Origin: Eledone cirrhosa
Taxonomy: Eukaryota
Length of the DNA: 64,000 nt
Reading direction: 5' to 3'
Assembly: GCA_964016885.1 (NCBI GenBank)
Contig: OZ024742.1
Coordinates: 267,530,001-267,594,000, forward strand
Shown here: positions 23,984 through 43,658 of the stretch, in pieces
Layout: every line of letters begins with the position of its first letter
How positions within the stretch are numbered: the stretch's first letter is position 1
Translations under genes and position numbers: made by a program
Notes under the pieces: model-generated
Seen by the model: the letters and a program-made list of their open reading frames with translations, nothing else
What the model was told of the DNA's origin: nothing
Database searches by the model: none

Positions 23984-24035
<52 letters not shown>

Positions 24036-24036
<1 letters not shown>

Positions 24037-25824
24037 GTGAAAAATGGAACGGGAACAAAACAGGGAGGCAGTGCGAACAAAGGTTTATAGGTTTCACGCT
24101 CTTGAGTGTGATGGGAGGGGACGTTTCGGGCATAATACCTTCTTCAGGCGAAAAGTATGTGGGAAGAGAATTCCGAGGGTGTGTAGCGGAGTGGGGGAGA
24201 GACATTTAGAAAAAATGGGGGGGGGGGTGGAAGGGGTACAAATAATAATAAATATAAAAAAATAAAAATAAAAATAAACATGAAGATAAATAAGTGGTGG
24301 AAGGGTGTGGGGCGTGTAGGGTGGTGGCAGGTGGAGTGGGGAGAGGGAGGCGGGGTGTCCGAGCGGGGAGGGCTGAAGGTGGTGTATGTGTGTAGGTGTA
24401 CGTGTGTGTGTGTGTGTATGTGAATGTGAGAGTTGGGGGAAGAACTAGGTTCCATGTTCAGGAAAAGGTGTGTCTGGGGTGGGGTGTAGGTCGGTGTGTG
24501 TGTGCGCGTGTGATGGGGAGGGGTCAGAGGAGTGGGGTAGGGGTGAGAGGATTCCAGAGGCTGAGTGTGTATATATGTGGGGGTACGCACGTGTGTGTGG
24601 TGTTTATACGTATTGTGGATGTAGGTGGCGTGGTTGGAAAAAACATTTTTGTGAGTGTATGTCCGTGGGTAAGTTCTTAAGGTGGTTCCGTAGAGGGTGT
24701 GGTGAGTGGCCGGATATTTTCCTTGTGATGGCGTTGATGGTGGGAACGATGGCCAACGTGTGCAATCCGTGGTTGTGCTGGTCGGAAGAGGGGAGATGTG
24801 GGGTGCGCGCGCAACAGGAAGTGGTCAGAGGGTCAAGGCAGGAGGAGGGTAGAGGAGAATGACAGGTGGAGAGGGCTGTGTGTCTGTGTGTGCGGAGAAG
24901 TGGTCAGAGGGTCAAGGCATAGTAGCAGTAGAGGAGAATGGCAGGTGGAGAAAGTCGGTGTGACAGTGTGTGCGGAGGTGCGGTGGAGAGGGGGGGGTGT
25001 AGGTGTGAAAAGGTGGGGTGGGGAGGGGGTCATGCGGGGGGAGGGTGTGTGTATTAGTAGAGGTGTTAGTGGGATGTGTGTGTGAAGAGGTGTGGGTGGA
25101 ACGGGGAGAGGGAGAGAAAGGTATGGGGGGACGGTGGAGGGAGTGTAGTGTACTGGTGTGTGTGTGCGTGTTTGGATGAGTGTGTGTGGTGAAGGGGGTG
25201 TTACTGGGTGTTAGTATTCTGGTTGTGGGGAAAGGGTTGAATGCGGGTGTGTTAGTGGGGGTCAGTGGTGGTAGGGTGTGTAGAGTGGGTGGTGTAAGTG
25301 GGTGTGGGTGGGTGTGTGTGTTCGTGTGCGTGGGGTCGGGGGGATGTTAGTGGTATTAGATGTGGGGTGGTGGGAGTAGATGTCTCGGTGAGGGTTCGTG
25401 GTGGTAGTAGGGTGCGTGGATAGTGTGAGTGCGTGTATATATGTATCGGTGGGTGTTTGCGTGATAGGCGGAGGGGGAATATGTTAGTATTGTTAGTTGG
25501 GGGAAGGTGGTTGGGGATGGAGTGGGGGGTCAGTATTGTTATTTTGGGGGTGGGCGGTGAAAAGGAGGAGTGTGTTAGTGGCGTTAGTGGGGGATATGTA
25601 TGTGTGTGTGTGTTGGGGGGAGGGGATCGAAGCCTAAAGGAATAGAGGTGGGGAGTTCAGGCCGGTGGGAGTGTGGGTCTGTAGGGTGAAGATGGTGCGT
25701 TGTCCGACCATGAGGAGGGTGGCGGGTGTTCCGTGTCATTGGAGTAGGCCACAGACTGTGAGGTGGTGCGCGGAATGTCCAGGGGAGCCAAAGTGGCGGG
25801 CGATGGGTGAACTCCCGCCGAGAC

Positions 25825-25826
<2 letters not shown>
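24036..25826 (-). mobile_element. 5'-truncated Neptune-type PLE with terminal HHR-like motif (24115-24150)
   Basis: Reverse complement 25826-25640 reads PIARHFGSPGHS..QRTIFTLQTHTPTGLN; terminal motif CTGAAGA-AGGTATTATGCCC-GAAACGTC. Confidence 0.7.
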
Positions 25827-25869
<43 letters not shown>

Positions 25870-26010
25870 GAAATATCCACGGTTAATTGTGGTCTCTAGT
25901 CTGCATGAAGAACTCAATGTAATCCATATGTTGAAAATGTTGTAGGTTAAAATAAATCCCGGAAAACAAAAAAAAAACATCAAAAGGAAAACAGAGTCAT
26001 GATATAAGTT

Positions 26011-28448
26011 GAAACAATGAAATAAAAATTCAAGTCATTATAAATATACTTCACTGCTTTACGATCTTTTATAGTACGCTTATTTCGTTATCGATCTATG
26101 TAGGGTTAGTTACACAATATCAGATAAGGAATATATTTACTTGCATGTATATCATTAGCCGTTGTCAAAAGCAATGATCATTTTATTGAAAATCAATAGT
26201 AAATTGAGTTCTATGACCTCATTTGGAGGTAGCCGAAGAACAAACCAATCAAATGGTTTTTTCCCCAAATGATGTTAAGATGAAAAATAACTCACTTTAG
26301 TTGAGGTCATGACCCTTTGAAAGGAATGGTTGAATGGTGCTAAAAATAGAATTACTATAAAGAAGCTATGAGGAAAAAGGGATTGTTATATTGATAGTTG
26401 AATGTAGATGGTGGAATTAAGTTTGATGGGATCCAAGGACTCTGTTCAAGTTACAGACCTCGTTGGACTATTTCTCCTCTATAATATTCATTCCTCTTTT
26501 CCCTACCTCAAAGGTGGTCTTTATCGGGATGATTGTCTATTGATATCTAACAATCTTAGCAATTCTAATATTGAGAAAAACAAAAAAACAAATTAGAAAA
26601 TTCCTCAAGGACTATTACAACCTTAACATCCCCTTTGAAAACACCTCAAAAGTAGCTAACTTCCTTGACGTTACCTTAGACCTCTCTACGAATATTTATC
26701 AACCTTACCAAAAACCCAACCAGAATCTACACCATGTACATTCACGCTCTAACAACCCTGGCTCTATACTCAAAAACTTAGTATATAACATATCTCTTAG
26801 ACTTTCTAAATTATCTTCCAATGAGGATATATTTTATAAAAATGCACCCTTCTACAACGAGGCCCTAACTAGAAGTGGACATAAAGAAAAAAATTCATAT
26901 ATGCCCAACACTACTATGGACCAAACTACAAAACCTAGCAAAAACTACAAACACCAAAAAATACCATCGAAATAAATGACTAATCGGGTCATTCCTTTTT
27001 ACACCAAACAACCGAAAAACCACAACAACCATTACTACACGATCTATGACCAATGTTATCAACTCACATATGACTACCAAACATTCAACCTTTCATAATC
27101 TAACCAATAATAACACCAAATACAACCACTGCAATTTACCAAATTCCATAAATACAAATACTAACCATAAGAACTCTTCTAGAACACAGCACATTAATAT
27201 AAGTGGGAATAAGAACTTAACTAAAAACCGCAAAATAAACATAACATGGTACAACGCACCCTTCCACCTGAAAAAACTATTGGACAAATCCCCCAAAAAT
27301 TCTTCGAAATTCTCCATAAACATTTTCCACCAAACCACAGATGCCAACAGATATTTAACAGGTATACTGTTAAATTCTCATACTCTACATCAAACAATCT
27401 CCTGCAAAAAATAAGCAACTACAACATTTATAAATTTAAAAATAATATGACCACCACCACAACATAATTTAAATAAGACTGCACCTTTTAAAAGGACAAA
27501 TAATACAATCCTTCAACCTGGAAAACACAACCACCCAAATCACCAACCAAAAACAACATAACACAAAATCACAATACAACCCTAGCACTAAACCACCCAC
27601 AAAGCAGCATTCATTCTCTCGCTGACATTAATTACAATAAGGGTAGCTCAATGATTAATGAGAATTATGTAGGTACCCCCAACAACCATCTTACGTATGG
27701 TTGTAATTGCAGAAATAGAAGCGTTTTCCCCTTAAATGGCAACTGTTTGATTAATAATGTAATTTATAAATTCACTGTGTCCACTACTGACTCCAACAAA
27801 TCATATATAGGATCTACATCGAACACATTTAAGAAAAGATATTACGCACACTCTTGTAGCTTTAACAATACTAAACTAGCTAACACCACATCTTTAGCTG
27901 AAGCAGTATATAACTATAAAAAGAAAAAAATAGATTTCAAGCTATCGTGGGACACCATTCTGCAAAGAACTCCATATCTTGGGAACAAGAGAGAATGCAG
28001 ATTATGTTCCGGGGAGATCTTGAAAATTACTAAATCTAAGGACGATTTATTGAATAAAAGACAGGAACTGATTATAGCTTGTAATCACCGTATACGAAAC
28101 ACAATTAAGTACTATAAACCTAATTAAATATTCTAAATAACAACTCACTATAATTCGTAACGTATCATTTGTTTGTATCCCCTTCCCCTAATTATACGCC
28201 TTCCTGCTTATTTTTTATTTTTTAACCTTTTAATTTTTTAGCTGCCATAGATTCATGCGTTACTGACTAGGGGCAACAAGGTACACAACCACCTGTAATT
28301 GCATGGGTATACATGTATCTATATATGTATATGAGAATATATATATATGTGTATATATTTATATGTGTATATATGTGTGTATATGTGTATGTGTGTGTAT
28401 ATGTGTATGTACATGTATGTGTGTGTACATATATCTATGTATGTATAA

Positions 28449-28499
<51 letters not shown>

Positions 28500-29419
28500 T
28501 GTGTGCGCGTATGTATATGTATGTATATGTTTAGATCTATATATGTGTATGAATATTTTTAATGGAGTATCAATATAATTATACCTCTATCTATATATGT
28601 GAATATAGGTACCTTTGTGATCTATGAAAATGATGCGTTTTGACTATATGATTATATGTCGACATGCATTTATCTGAGTTTGATTACTTATACATAGACA
28701 CACTTGAAAATATTTACTATTTTATATTTTATGATGCATCATATGCTATATTATACTATATACAATGTACCATACCGTACTATATTATATTACATTATAT
28801 TATATTATTATTTTATTATATTTTATTATCTTATTATAATTTTCATCTTTTAACATACTATCCTTCCTAGTTATGACCATTATTTTACCTATCTATATTT
28901 ATCCTGGTTATCTCTGTATATTTTATATTTACTTATTTATATTCACCTAATCATTCCATCCAACACAACACAACATTTAATTTTTACATTCCTTTTTAAA
29001 CTTAATTCCACCTTCTACGTTCAACTATCAATATAACAATCCCTTTTTCCTCACAGCTTCTTTATAGTAATTCTATTTTTAGCACCATTCAACCATTCCC
29101 TTCAAAGGGTCATGACCTCAACTAAAGTGAGTTATTTTTCATCTTAACATCATATGGGAAAAAAACAATTTGAATGATTTGTTCTTCGGCTACCTCCAAA
29201 TAAGGTCATAGAACTCAATTACTATTGATTTTGAATAAAATGATCATTGCTTTTGACAACGGCTGATAATATTGTAAATAAATATATTCCTTATCTGATA
29301 TTTTGTAACTAACCCTACATAGATCGATAACGAAATATGTGTACGATGTGTTATTATCACCTATAAACGATCGTAAAGCAGTGAAGTATATTTCTAATGA
29401 ATTTTTATTTCATTGTTTT
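26011..29419 (+). mobile_element. Naiad-type PLE copy 3, frameshifted, with about 415-bp inverted pLTR at the 5' end
   Basis: MGSKDS, LYRDD, ANFLDVTL, WYNAP, CNCRN, YIGST, CRLC (26425-28127); 26011-26424 is the reverse complement of 28998-29419. Confidence 0.88.
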
Positions 29420-29440
29420 AACATATATATATATATATAT

Positions 29441-30130
29441 GGAAAAAATGAAACGAAATTTCATTTCTCACTCTTAGTACGGCTGTTACTTAACTATAAG
29501 TATGTACACGCACATAAATATATATATACAGACGTACAGTAGGTTGTATATATATACATACATGCACACATATATATATATATGTACGTATGGGTTTACC
29601 GAACATGTACTATAATGCTCTGTTTGTTTGTAAACAAACAGCCCGAATTAAGCCGTACAGTGTTTAGCAACCATCGTTGCCCTTTTGTTCAACACTAACA
29701 AAGGAACGATGTACTAGTTTCAAGCTTATTAGTTAATGTCAGCATCGTATACCTTCCTGCCAGATGATTGAACGTCTGAAAGTATATACTTTCATGATGC
29801 ATATTAACGGCTGAGCAGCCTAACTTGCATATCGAGTGAGTTAGTCGACCGCGCCCACCGAAAACGATAAATGGAAAAAATGAAACGAAATTTCATTTCT
29901 CACTGTTAGTACGGCTGTTACTTCAATATAAGTATGTACTCGTACATACATATATGTATACAGACGTACAGTAGTATGTATATATATACACATACATGCA
30001 CACACGTATATATGTACGTATGGGTTTACCGAACATGTAATATAATGCTCGGTTTGTTTGTAAACAAAGAGCCCAAATTAAGCTGTACAGTGTTTAGCAA
30101 CCATCGTTGCCCTTTTGTTCAACACTGAAC
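29441..30130 (-). repeat. 432-bp tandem repeat (1.6 units) of the octamer-HHR unit family; degenerate HHR at 29706-29748
   Basis: GGAAAAAATGAAACGAAATTTCATTTCTCACT at 29441 and 29873; reverse complement ACGATG-CTGACAT..GAAACTAGTA-CATCGT. Confidence 0.8.
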
Positions 30131-30132
30131 AG

Positions 30133-30193
<61 letters not shown>

Positions 30194-30221
30194 GTATATA
30201 TATATATATATATACATATAC

Positions 30222-30286
<65 letters not shown>

Positions 30287-30326
30287 ACTGTATGTATATA
30301 TATATGTACATATATATATATATATA

Positions 30327-30399
<73 letters not shown>

Positions 30400-30805
30400 A
30401 TTAAAATGATTGCCAGAGAACGTCTCTATGAACCACATAAGAGAACATTAGTCTACGACTTCTTTTATACCATAAACGTGGTTCTGTATTTGCGCGTAAT
30501 TGTTTTTCACCGCTCGTATTAATGACGTATTATATTCGTTTTTTTTCCCGTTCTTTGCCAGGGAACGTTTTCACGAACCAAAATATCGTCTTCCTGTCTT
30601 CCTCCGGTTGCAACGTTTTTTGAAATATCCACTTCTGCGTTTATAGATTGACATTGTTAGTTTCAGAAGATTCCGTTAAGGGTGAAAGCAGCGATTCTTT
30701 GCTTAATCTTTATTCAGTTATTTTAATAAATATTTGCTCTACGATTCTTATATATTTAACCTTATGGAGCCCTCTTTGGATTTTAGTCTTCAAATTTATT
30801 ATTAT

Positions 30806-30876
<71 letters not shown>

Positions 30877-31504
30877 TTCTGTTTTTAGCCTAAGAAAATA
30901 TCTATATGCGTGTGTAATTAATACACGCATACATTTATTTTTTTAATTTCAATTGAGTTCTTAACACGTTGGATTGATAATGTTTTTGAAAAAAACTAAT
31001 TAACCCACGTGTATATTATTTTCTTTTCTCGTGAACCATGCTTGTTTCCCTTTCCCGCTTCGTGACGCTATGATACTTCCTCAGTCAAAAGACTGCTGGA
31101 ATTTCAAATTTAGCGGTCATTCGATGCGTGAAGGAGCAGCTTAGCAGACACGATTTTTAACTGCGGTAAAAATTTTTTCCTATATCAAAGTTTAATGGGC
31201 TTCCACTGAAGATTTATAAGTGCCCACCTAAATATATTCTTACATGAACATGTTAGGCTTCTACATAAACTGGAAACATTCTCCCAATTTGTAGAAAACT
31301 TATAATGAAACAATTGTTTGGAAATAGAGATATATTTTAACTTTAATTATATCTCATAAAATAATACAACTGGCTTTCCACAAAATACATATAGTTAGCA
31401 CCCCAAACACATAAATTGTGTTTATACTAACATATAACCTAATGTTTGTTGAGTGAGATGGTTACAAGTCGGAGTTTAGCTTTAAGATATCTCTGTTATT
31501 GTAT

Positions 31505-31551
<47 letters not shown>

Positions 31552-31609
31552 CGGCGATCAATTAGTTTTGCGAGGTTTTTTATATGAAATCGTGTGTCGA
31601 AACAAGTAT

Positions 31610-32269
31610 CGTTATATTTGGGGAGGGTCATATTTGTGTAATATTGCCAGAATTAATAAGAGAACACACTCACTGTCTGGTTGGTTTTCGCTTTTCGCTT
31701 CTGTGTCTTTTATATCGGTAATCTAATTTATTCGGTCCTCAATGTTTCCATTGACTGACCGACGGTCAAAAATACAGATACAAAATAGATACAAACACAT
31801 ATATATAGTTTATCAAAGTTCTTTCGTTGCACATCTGCAACATCGTCAGTGGTGCTATTGTTTCCTCCCGTTACATTGTATGTCTACGCCATTTTTATTT
31901 AGTCTGTCTATATATTTATTTATTTATTTATTTGTTTGTTTGTTTATTTTATTTTGTCTTCTTTGCGCATGCGTTTGCGTGTGTGTATAGTGTTTTGTTT
32001 GATGTGTGTTTATGATTGGGTGACTGTGTATCGGTTAATGTATTCTATCTTTACTAGTGTGTGTTGATAAACTATATATATGTGTTTGTGTCTATATTGT
32101 ATCTGTATTATTTTTGACCGTCGGTCAGTCAATGGCAACATTGAGGACGGAATAAATTAGATTACCGATATAAAAAACACAGAAGCGAAAAGCGAAAACC
32201 AACCAAACAGTGAATGTGTTCTGTTATTAATTCTGGCAATATTACACAAATATGACCCTCCCCAAGTAT

Positions 32270-32275
<6 letters not shown>
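31610..32275. repeat. About 165-bp inverted repeats (31610-31776 and 32108-32275) enclosing an HHR at 31814-31851 (minus); pLTR-derived
   Basis: Reverse complement CTGACGA-T-GTTGCA-GATG-TGCAAC-GAAAG-AA-CTT; terminus shared with 48598-48622 and 60140. Confidence 0.7.
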
Positions 32276-32329
<54 letters not shown>

Positions 32330-32332
<3 letters not shown>

Positions 32333-32942
32333 TTTCGTTTATCTATAGATATATGGCATGTTTGATCAATAAACATTTTGAAAGCCTCAGCTATGAATCG
32401 AAAATTGGCTGTCAGCACCACTGCGAGGAGTCCACCAGAAGCAAGGGGGATCATTGTCTATGCATTTCTAACTTAAATGGTTCTCATCAGGACAATACTT
32501 CCCTCCTCCTACTCTATGCTTTTTAAACAGGCGATAATATATATCTTCTTCTGTGTATATGGTTTTATTAGCCTCTTTTGCACACATATATTTATGAAAC
32601 AACTTATATATCTTCATATATACCAAATTTACATACAACTATGGGGAAGCTATATTATAATTCTATCTTAAGTTGAACCAACTTATACAGCAAATTAGGA
32701 TAATCAAACCATTTACACAAACGAAAAAGCTATATAATTTCGTCTGTTTCGAGGCCCACCAGTAGGAGAAGGGTAGCATTGTTCTGATGAGAACTATTTA
32801 AGTTCGAAATTCATAGAAAATGGTCCCCCTTGCTTCTGCTGGACTCCGTGCGGTGGTGCTGACAGCCAGTTTTCTATTCATAGCTGAGGCTTTCAAAATG
32901 TTAATTTATGAAACATACCATATATCTTTAGATATACGAAAT
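32330..32942. repeat. About 185-bp inverted repeats, each with an HHR (32453-32496 minus; 32778-32821 plus)
   Basis: ATTGTC-CTGATGA-GAAC..GTT(C/A)-GAAAT-GC-ATA-GACAAT. Confidence 0.8.
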
Positions 32943-33104
32943 GCACATACATATATGTATACAGCTATGTCGAAGCTAAATTCTAATTATATATATACAT
33001 ATAGCAACGGCTTTCTAAATGTTTACCTGTAAACATAACGTGTTTCTTTAGAAATACGAAATTTCTCTACATATACATACATACATATATATATATTATA
33101 TATA

Positions 33105-33267
<163 letters not shown>

Positions 33268-33309
33268 ATAAAAGAGAAATCACAGGTAAGCATTAAGAGA
33301 AGGATTTTA

Positions 33310-33354
<45 letters not shown>

Positions 33355-35933
33355 GCATGAGTTTGTGCGTCTATGTGAAAAGTCAACTAGAGGGAGCAAC
33401 ATAGAGGAATTATACAATACAATGGGCCTAATTTAACGCTTGATGGGGTAACAAAATAGTTTTAATAGTTCATACCTTACTTCTCCATCAGAAGATACAA
33501 TGAGAGATGGCATTGTCGTATTCACAAAATAACTAGATATACACCAGTACTGAAAGGTGAGAACCGAATAATTACGTCTTTACTGGAGGAGAACGTGTGT
33601 ATTTTCAGTCAGTCATTTTGGGGAAATGTATGTCAGAATGTATCTCAAATGTAAAAAAAAGTTTTAAATGGGAGCCAATACTTGTATATTATAAGTTAAT
33701 ATATGTGCAATGTGTATGTGTGTGCGTGCGTGTGTATGTGTGTGTGTTTTTGTGTTTTTGTGTGTGTAATTGTGCAAATGTCTGATGTGCGCCATATCCT
33801 CACAATAATAGCGTTGATGCTGGAAGTGTAGAGCTGACAAACGCAGACTGCGTAATTACGACGAGTGAAGTCACTGTATACAATTAGATAGCTAGAGGAA
33901 GAATGTCCTGGGTGATCAACACCTAGCACTTATATTCTCGCTATATTTTGTGAAAGATAACTGACGAGCTTTCACCTATTCCCACTAAAGTTTGCAAAGT
34001 ACATTTTCACTCGTACAAAATGCAGAAGACACTCTATTTAGCGTCCTTTCGGAGAATTCTGGAGTCAATATAACAATTTTCAATATAAATAGGGCCTTCC
34101 AGATAATTGTGATTCCAAACTACCCTTTCTTTCATTCGAAGGAATATAACGTCAGAATATGAAATATTCTCCAATAGCACATTTGTGTGAAATCAATTAT
34201 TTGAAAGTAGAACCTTTGGATTTCCTCTAATTCTCTACTGATCTTCGTAGTATGGGTTAAACTATTGCTGAAAGCAGTAAAATAGGTGACTGTAAAAAAT
34301 ATCTCTTTCATTGTTTTTATGAACCGTCTGGCTAAAATTTGCACATTAATAACATTTACATAATATACGAATATAACGAGGAGACAATACTGATTATAAC
34401 TGCCATGAACCACAGAGATGTTGACTCAAGTATTGTATTATAATATATCTATCTATCTATCTAAGGCGGGTAAAATTCCCGAGATCCATGGACGAGTTCT
34501 CTCCAGCGGTCTCTGTCCCTCATTATCGCTGCCATTATAATATATTACTATCCAATATATTCCGGTTATGCTCGATCTGGAGCCCACAGTTCCAATAAAA
34601 GATTTTTTATCAACAATCAGAAGCGTACATGTGTTATTGACCTAAGGTTAGTAAGCACAAGTCTTTCGTTGTCATGCTGTCACGCGTTTCGCGTTTACGT
34701 AATAATATTATGGGCAAGGCACCTAACAATAACACGTTTTAAAATAGCAGTTCCTAGTCTGGGGACCAGAAAATGTAGAACTGGCTTTTCGTGATAAGAA
34801 TCCAAATTTCCTAATTGTTAAAAATGTAATTAACACATACTAAGTATAAACATTTCTCTTTTTCGCTTTACTGTAAAACAATCCAGCAGGTATAATGGTT
34901 TTGGGGTGGTGTTAGGGATACTTGGTAAAATTTAGATAAACGGGTCGTTTGTAGTAAAAACTGTTGGGAACACTGGTTTAAAATTATTTACATAATTAAA
35001 TAATGAGATTAATTTTTGTTTAAAGTTGGACAGTAAAGGATGCTATTTGAGTTATAAATAACCAAGATCGTTACTGTCTAAATACTAATTTATAGCTTGC
35101 TCATATTAACATTATGTGAAGTGAGATATAACGGGATAACTCTGTGTTGAAAGAAGAAGTGGACGAATAAGCGATAATAGCTAAGTGAATATGTAATAAA
35201 AATCTATATTATGGGCACGCCTGCATGTGGAATATTTCGATACAAGGACAGCTATTTAACGAAGTATTTCAATACATCGAAAAATCTTAAGTCGAAGCCG
35301 ATGGAAGATACATTACATAGAATATAGGACAGCTTTATATAGAAAGCACAAGTGAATGATTGAGTGAGGGGGGGGGGGGCAGCACAAACCAAACAAACAG
35401 ACATATTAATTGCGTAAGTTCACCAGGCAGACTAAAATAAAATATATAAAATCTACTAACACAATGATGAATTCATTGCTTAATAGATGGAATAGATAAA
35501 ATCAATGAGTAATTAGATCGATAAATGTCAAGATAACATGATAGAAAATGAACGAAAAGATTAATTGCTAGACTGCTAGACGGATGGATATATATTAAGA
35601 TAAGCAGTAATTCATATATGTCTATCACGAAACGTATAGGGATTTGACCATTTATTCCTTTATCTATTTGTGTGGATGAGTGTTTAATTACCATGAAATA
35701 TATCCATTAGTTACAATCATAAACAAACATATATTCTTGTGTTTTTTTATTCTTATGTGCAAATGACATTTATTCGATAAATTTCCTGAAACATGAAACG
35801 ACGGGTCCTTAAGTCAGAGATATAGATACACACCAATAATAAAACGTATAACACTCTACCAACAAATTAGATTTTGATACACTCGTTTGCGAAGTCAAAC
35901 TTACCTATCTGTATATCGACCTGTCTATCTATC

Positions 35934-41268
<5,335 letters not shown>

Positions 41269-42287
41269 AATACAATGATATTAAATAAATGGAAACTATA
41301 TTTATAAAACTATATTTATTCTATTATATATATATTTCAAGGGTACGAACATTTTGGTACGCTATCATCTGATAAAAAACGAAGTGTCTTTTATAAATTT
41401 TGACATAACCAAGGAGAATATACCTTAACGGTTCAAGTTATCCCAGGATAGGGAAGGGAAAAGAGAAGAAAAGTAAGATATTTCAAATTATTAAGATGAG
41501 TATGCAAATGAGGTAAAAGGGCTGAAAAAAAACGTTATTTTAGACGCTATGGCAAATTTAAATAATTATGATAACTTATTGTATGCGTAGGAAATAGGAA
41601 AAAGGAAGAAGCGCTAGCATTTACGTTAATTTTGGGGAAATGATTTATTTACCTATATTATGAGTTATAATATTGTATATATAATCAGTTAGATTATATG
41701 AAGAATTATGGTTGTACGTATTTTTATCTTATTACATTACGATAGATTATATGTATATAAATGTCTGTATATATATTTTAATAAATTGCGTATGTATTTG
41801 TTGTTTATATAACAAATATGAGTTACGGAGAATGTTGAATTTGTATTTTACTTAAATAAGAGGTGATTCAAGTTGTGAGAATAGAACAATTTGCGGATTC
41901 AAAAATGTGTACCTTTTCAATCGAGAATCCATACTCTCCACGTATTCCATTTTGGAACACATATTATTTGTTCCGTATACAGGCCCAATGTACTCCTCCT
42001 ATGTAGTATCTCATACGCATACACGTCCCTCCTTTTTATGTGACGTTTTATGTATATTTCATTTTTATATGTGTGTATATGTGTATGCGTATATGTATAT
42101 ATATATATGTGTGTATATATAAATATATATATATATGTATATGTGTATGTGTATGGATGTATGTATAAGGTTATATTGTTTATATATGAGCATGTTTACT
42201 AGAAGATACATCCTTTAATGTATGACTTTATATGTATATTTTAGTATATTGTAGGTTTTTTATATATGTGTATGTGTGTGTAAGTAC

Positions 42288-42391
<104 letters not shown>

Positions 42392-42394
42392 GGA

Positions 42395-43290
42395 AATCAG
42401 TAAAATCGAATCTCTGGCGGTTTGCAAGTGAATTCGGCCTACTTATATGAAATGATGAGTTAGCAAAGCACTCGATAAGATAGGACCTTAGAGTAATAAC
42501 ATACGTTTAAATAGCTTGACAAATCGAACATTGTGGTAGGTCAAACTAACACACAATATATACCAGAGCAACGATAGAACTAATCAGGTTGAGAAAAAAT
42601 ACACCTGGACAAATTAAACGAACAGTCGCTCAAAGTGTTTTTATGAATCCGAAATCAAATATCAGACTTACTTGAAAGGCAAGTTCCTGGTATAGGTGAC
42701 CGAACGTTGGATTCAGTTTTTCAACGGGTTTATCGCTCTTCCTGGGAACGGAGTGATAAATTATATGTTGCTGCTATACGCTGCTAATCGTATCTATAAT
42801 TATCACGTGCTAATTGCGGCAAGGGAAATAACCCCCGGTCCCAGGGGCTATTCAAAAAGTTACCGAAAAAGGAAATATTTTAAATTCCCGCTAATCATCA
42901 TGATAAGCTCTCGACTAGATGTTATAAAACAAACACTAATAATTAACCAATCAACAGAATTTGTCTAATTAAATTAATTAGTTAATTATTAAATCTAGGA
43001 GGATAATATAATTGAGAATCAGTAAAATCGAATCTCTGGCTGTTTGCAAGTGAATTCGGCCTATTTATATGAAATGATGAGTTAGCAAAGCACTCGATAA
43101 GATAGGACCTTAGAGTAATAACATAAGTTTAAATAGCTTGACAAATCGAACATTGTGGTAGGTCAAACTAACACACAATATATACCAGAGCAACGATAGA
43201 ACTAATCAGGTTGAGAAAAAATACACCTGGACAAATTAAACGAGCAGTCGCTCAAAGTGTTTCTATGAATCCGAAATCAAATATCAGACT
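42395..43290 (+). repeat. 622-bp-period tandem duplication (about 275 bp shared), pLTR-like
   Basis: AATCAGTAAAATCGAATCTCTGGC..ATCAGACTTA at 42395 and 43017. Confidence 0.8.
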
Positions 43291-43306
43291 TATATATATA
43301 TATATT

Positions 43307-43354
<48 letters not shown>

Positions 43355-43617
43355 AATGTATGGTTATATGTTTATATTTGTGCATATGTATAACAAGATG
43401 CATCCTTTCATGTATGACCCATTGTGTAGCTTTATATACCTTTGTGTGTAAATCATATTTGTGTATAGACAGATATACGTAGGTATGTATGTATCTTTGT
43501 AGACGTGCGTGGACCTGTAGGTAATAGCCGCATATTCGTAATAGTGTATATGAGCCAGTGTGTGTGTGTGTGCGTACATGCACCCATTGTAGGGTAAGGG
43601 CTTGTTTGTGTGTATAG

Positions 43618-43658
<41 letters not shown>

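Noticed and set aside
41330-41520. Octamer at about 41502 and nearby HHR-like words
   Set aside because: Orientation and spacing do not match the module, and no consistent stems were found
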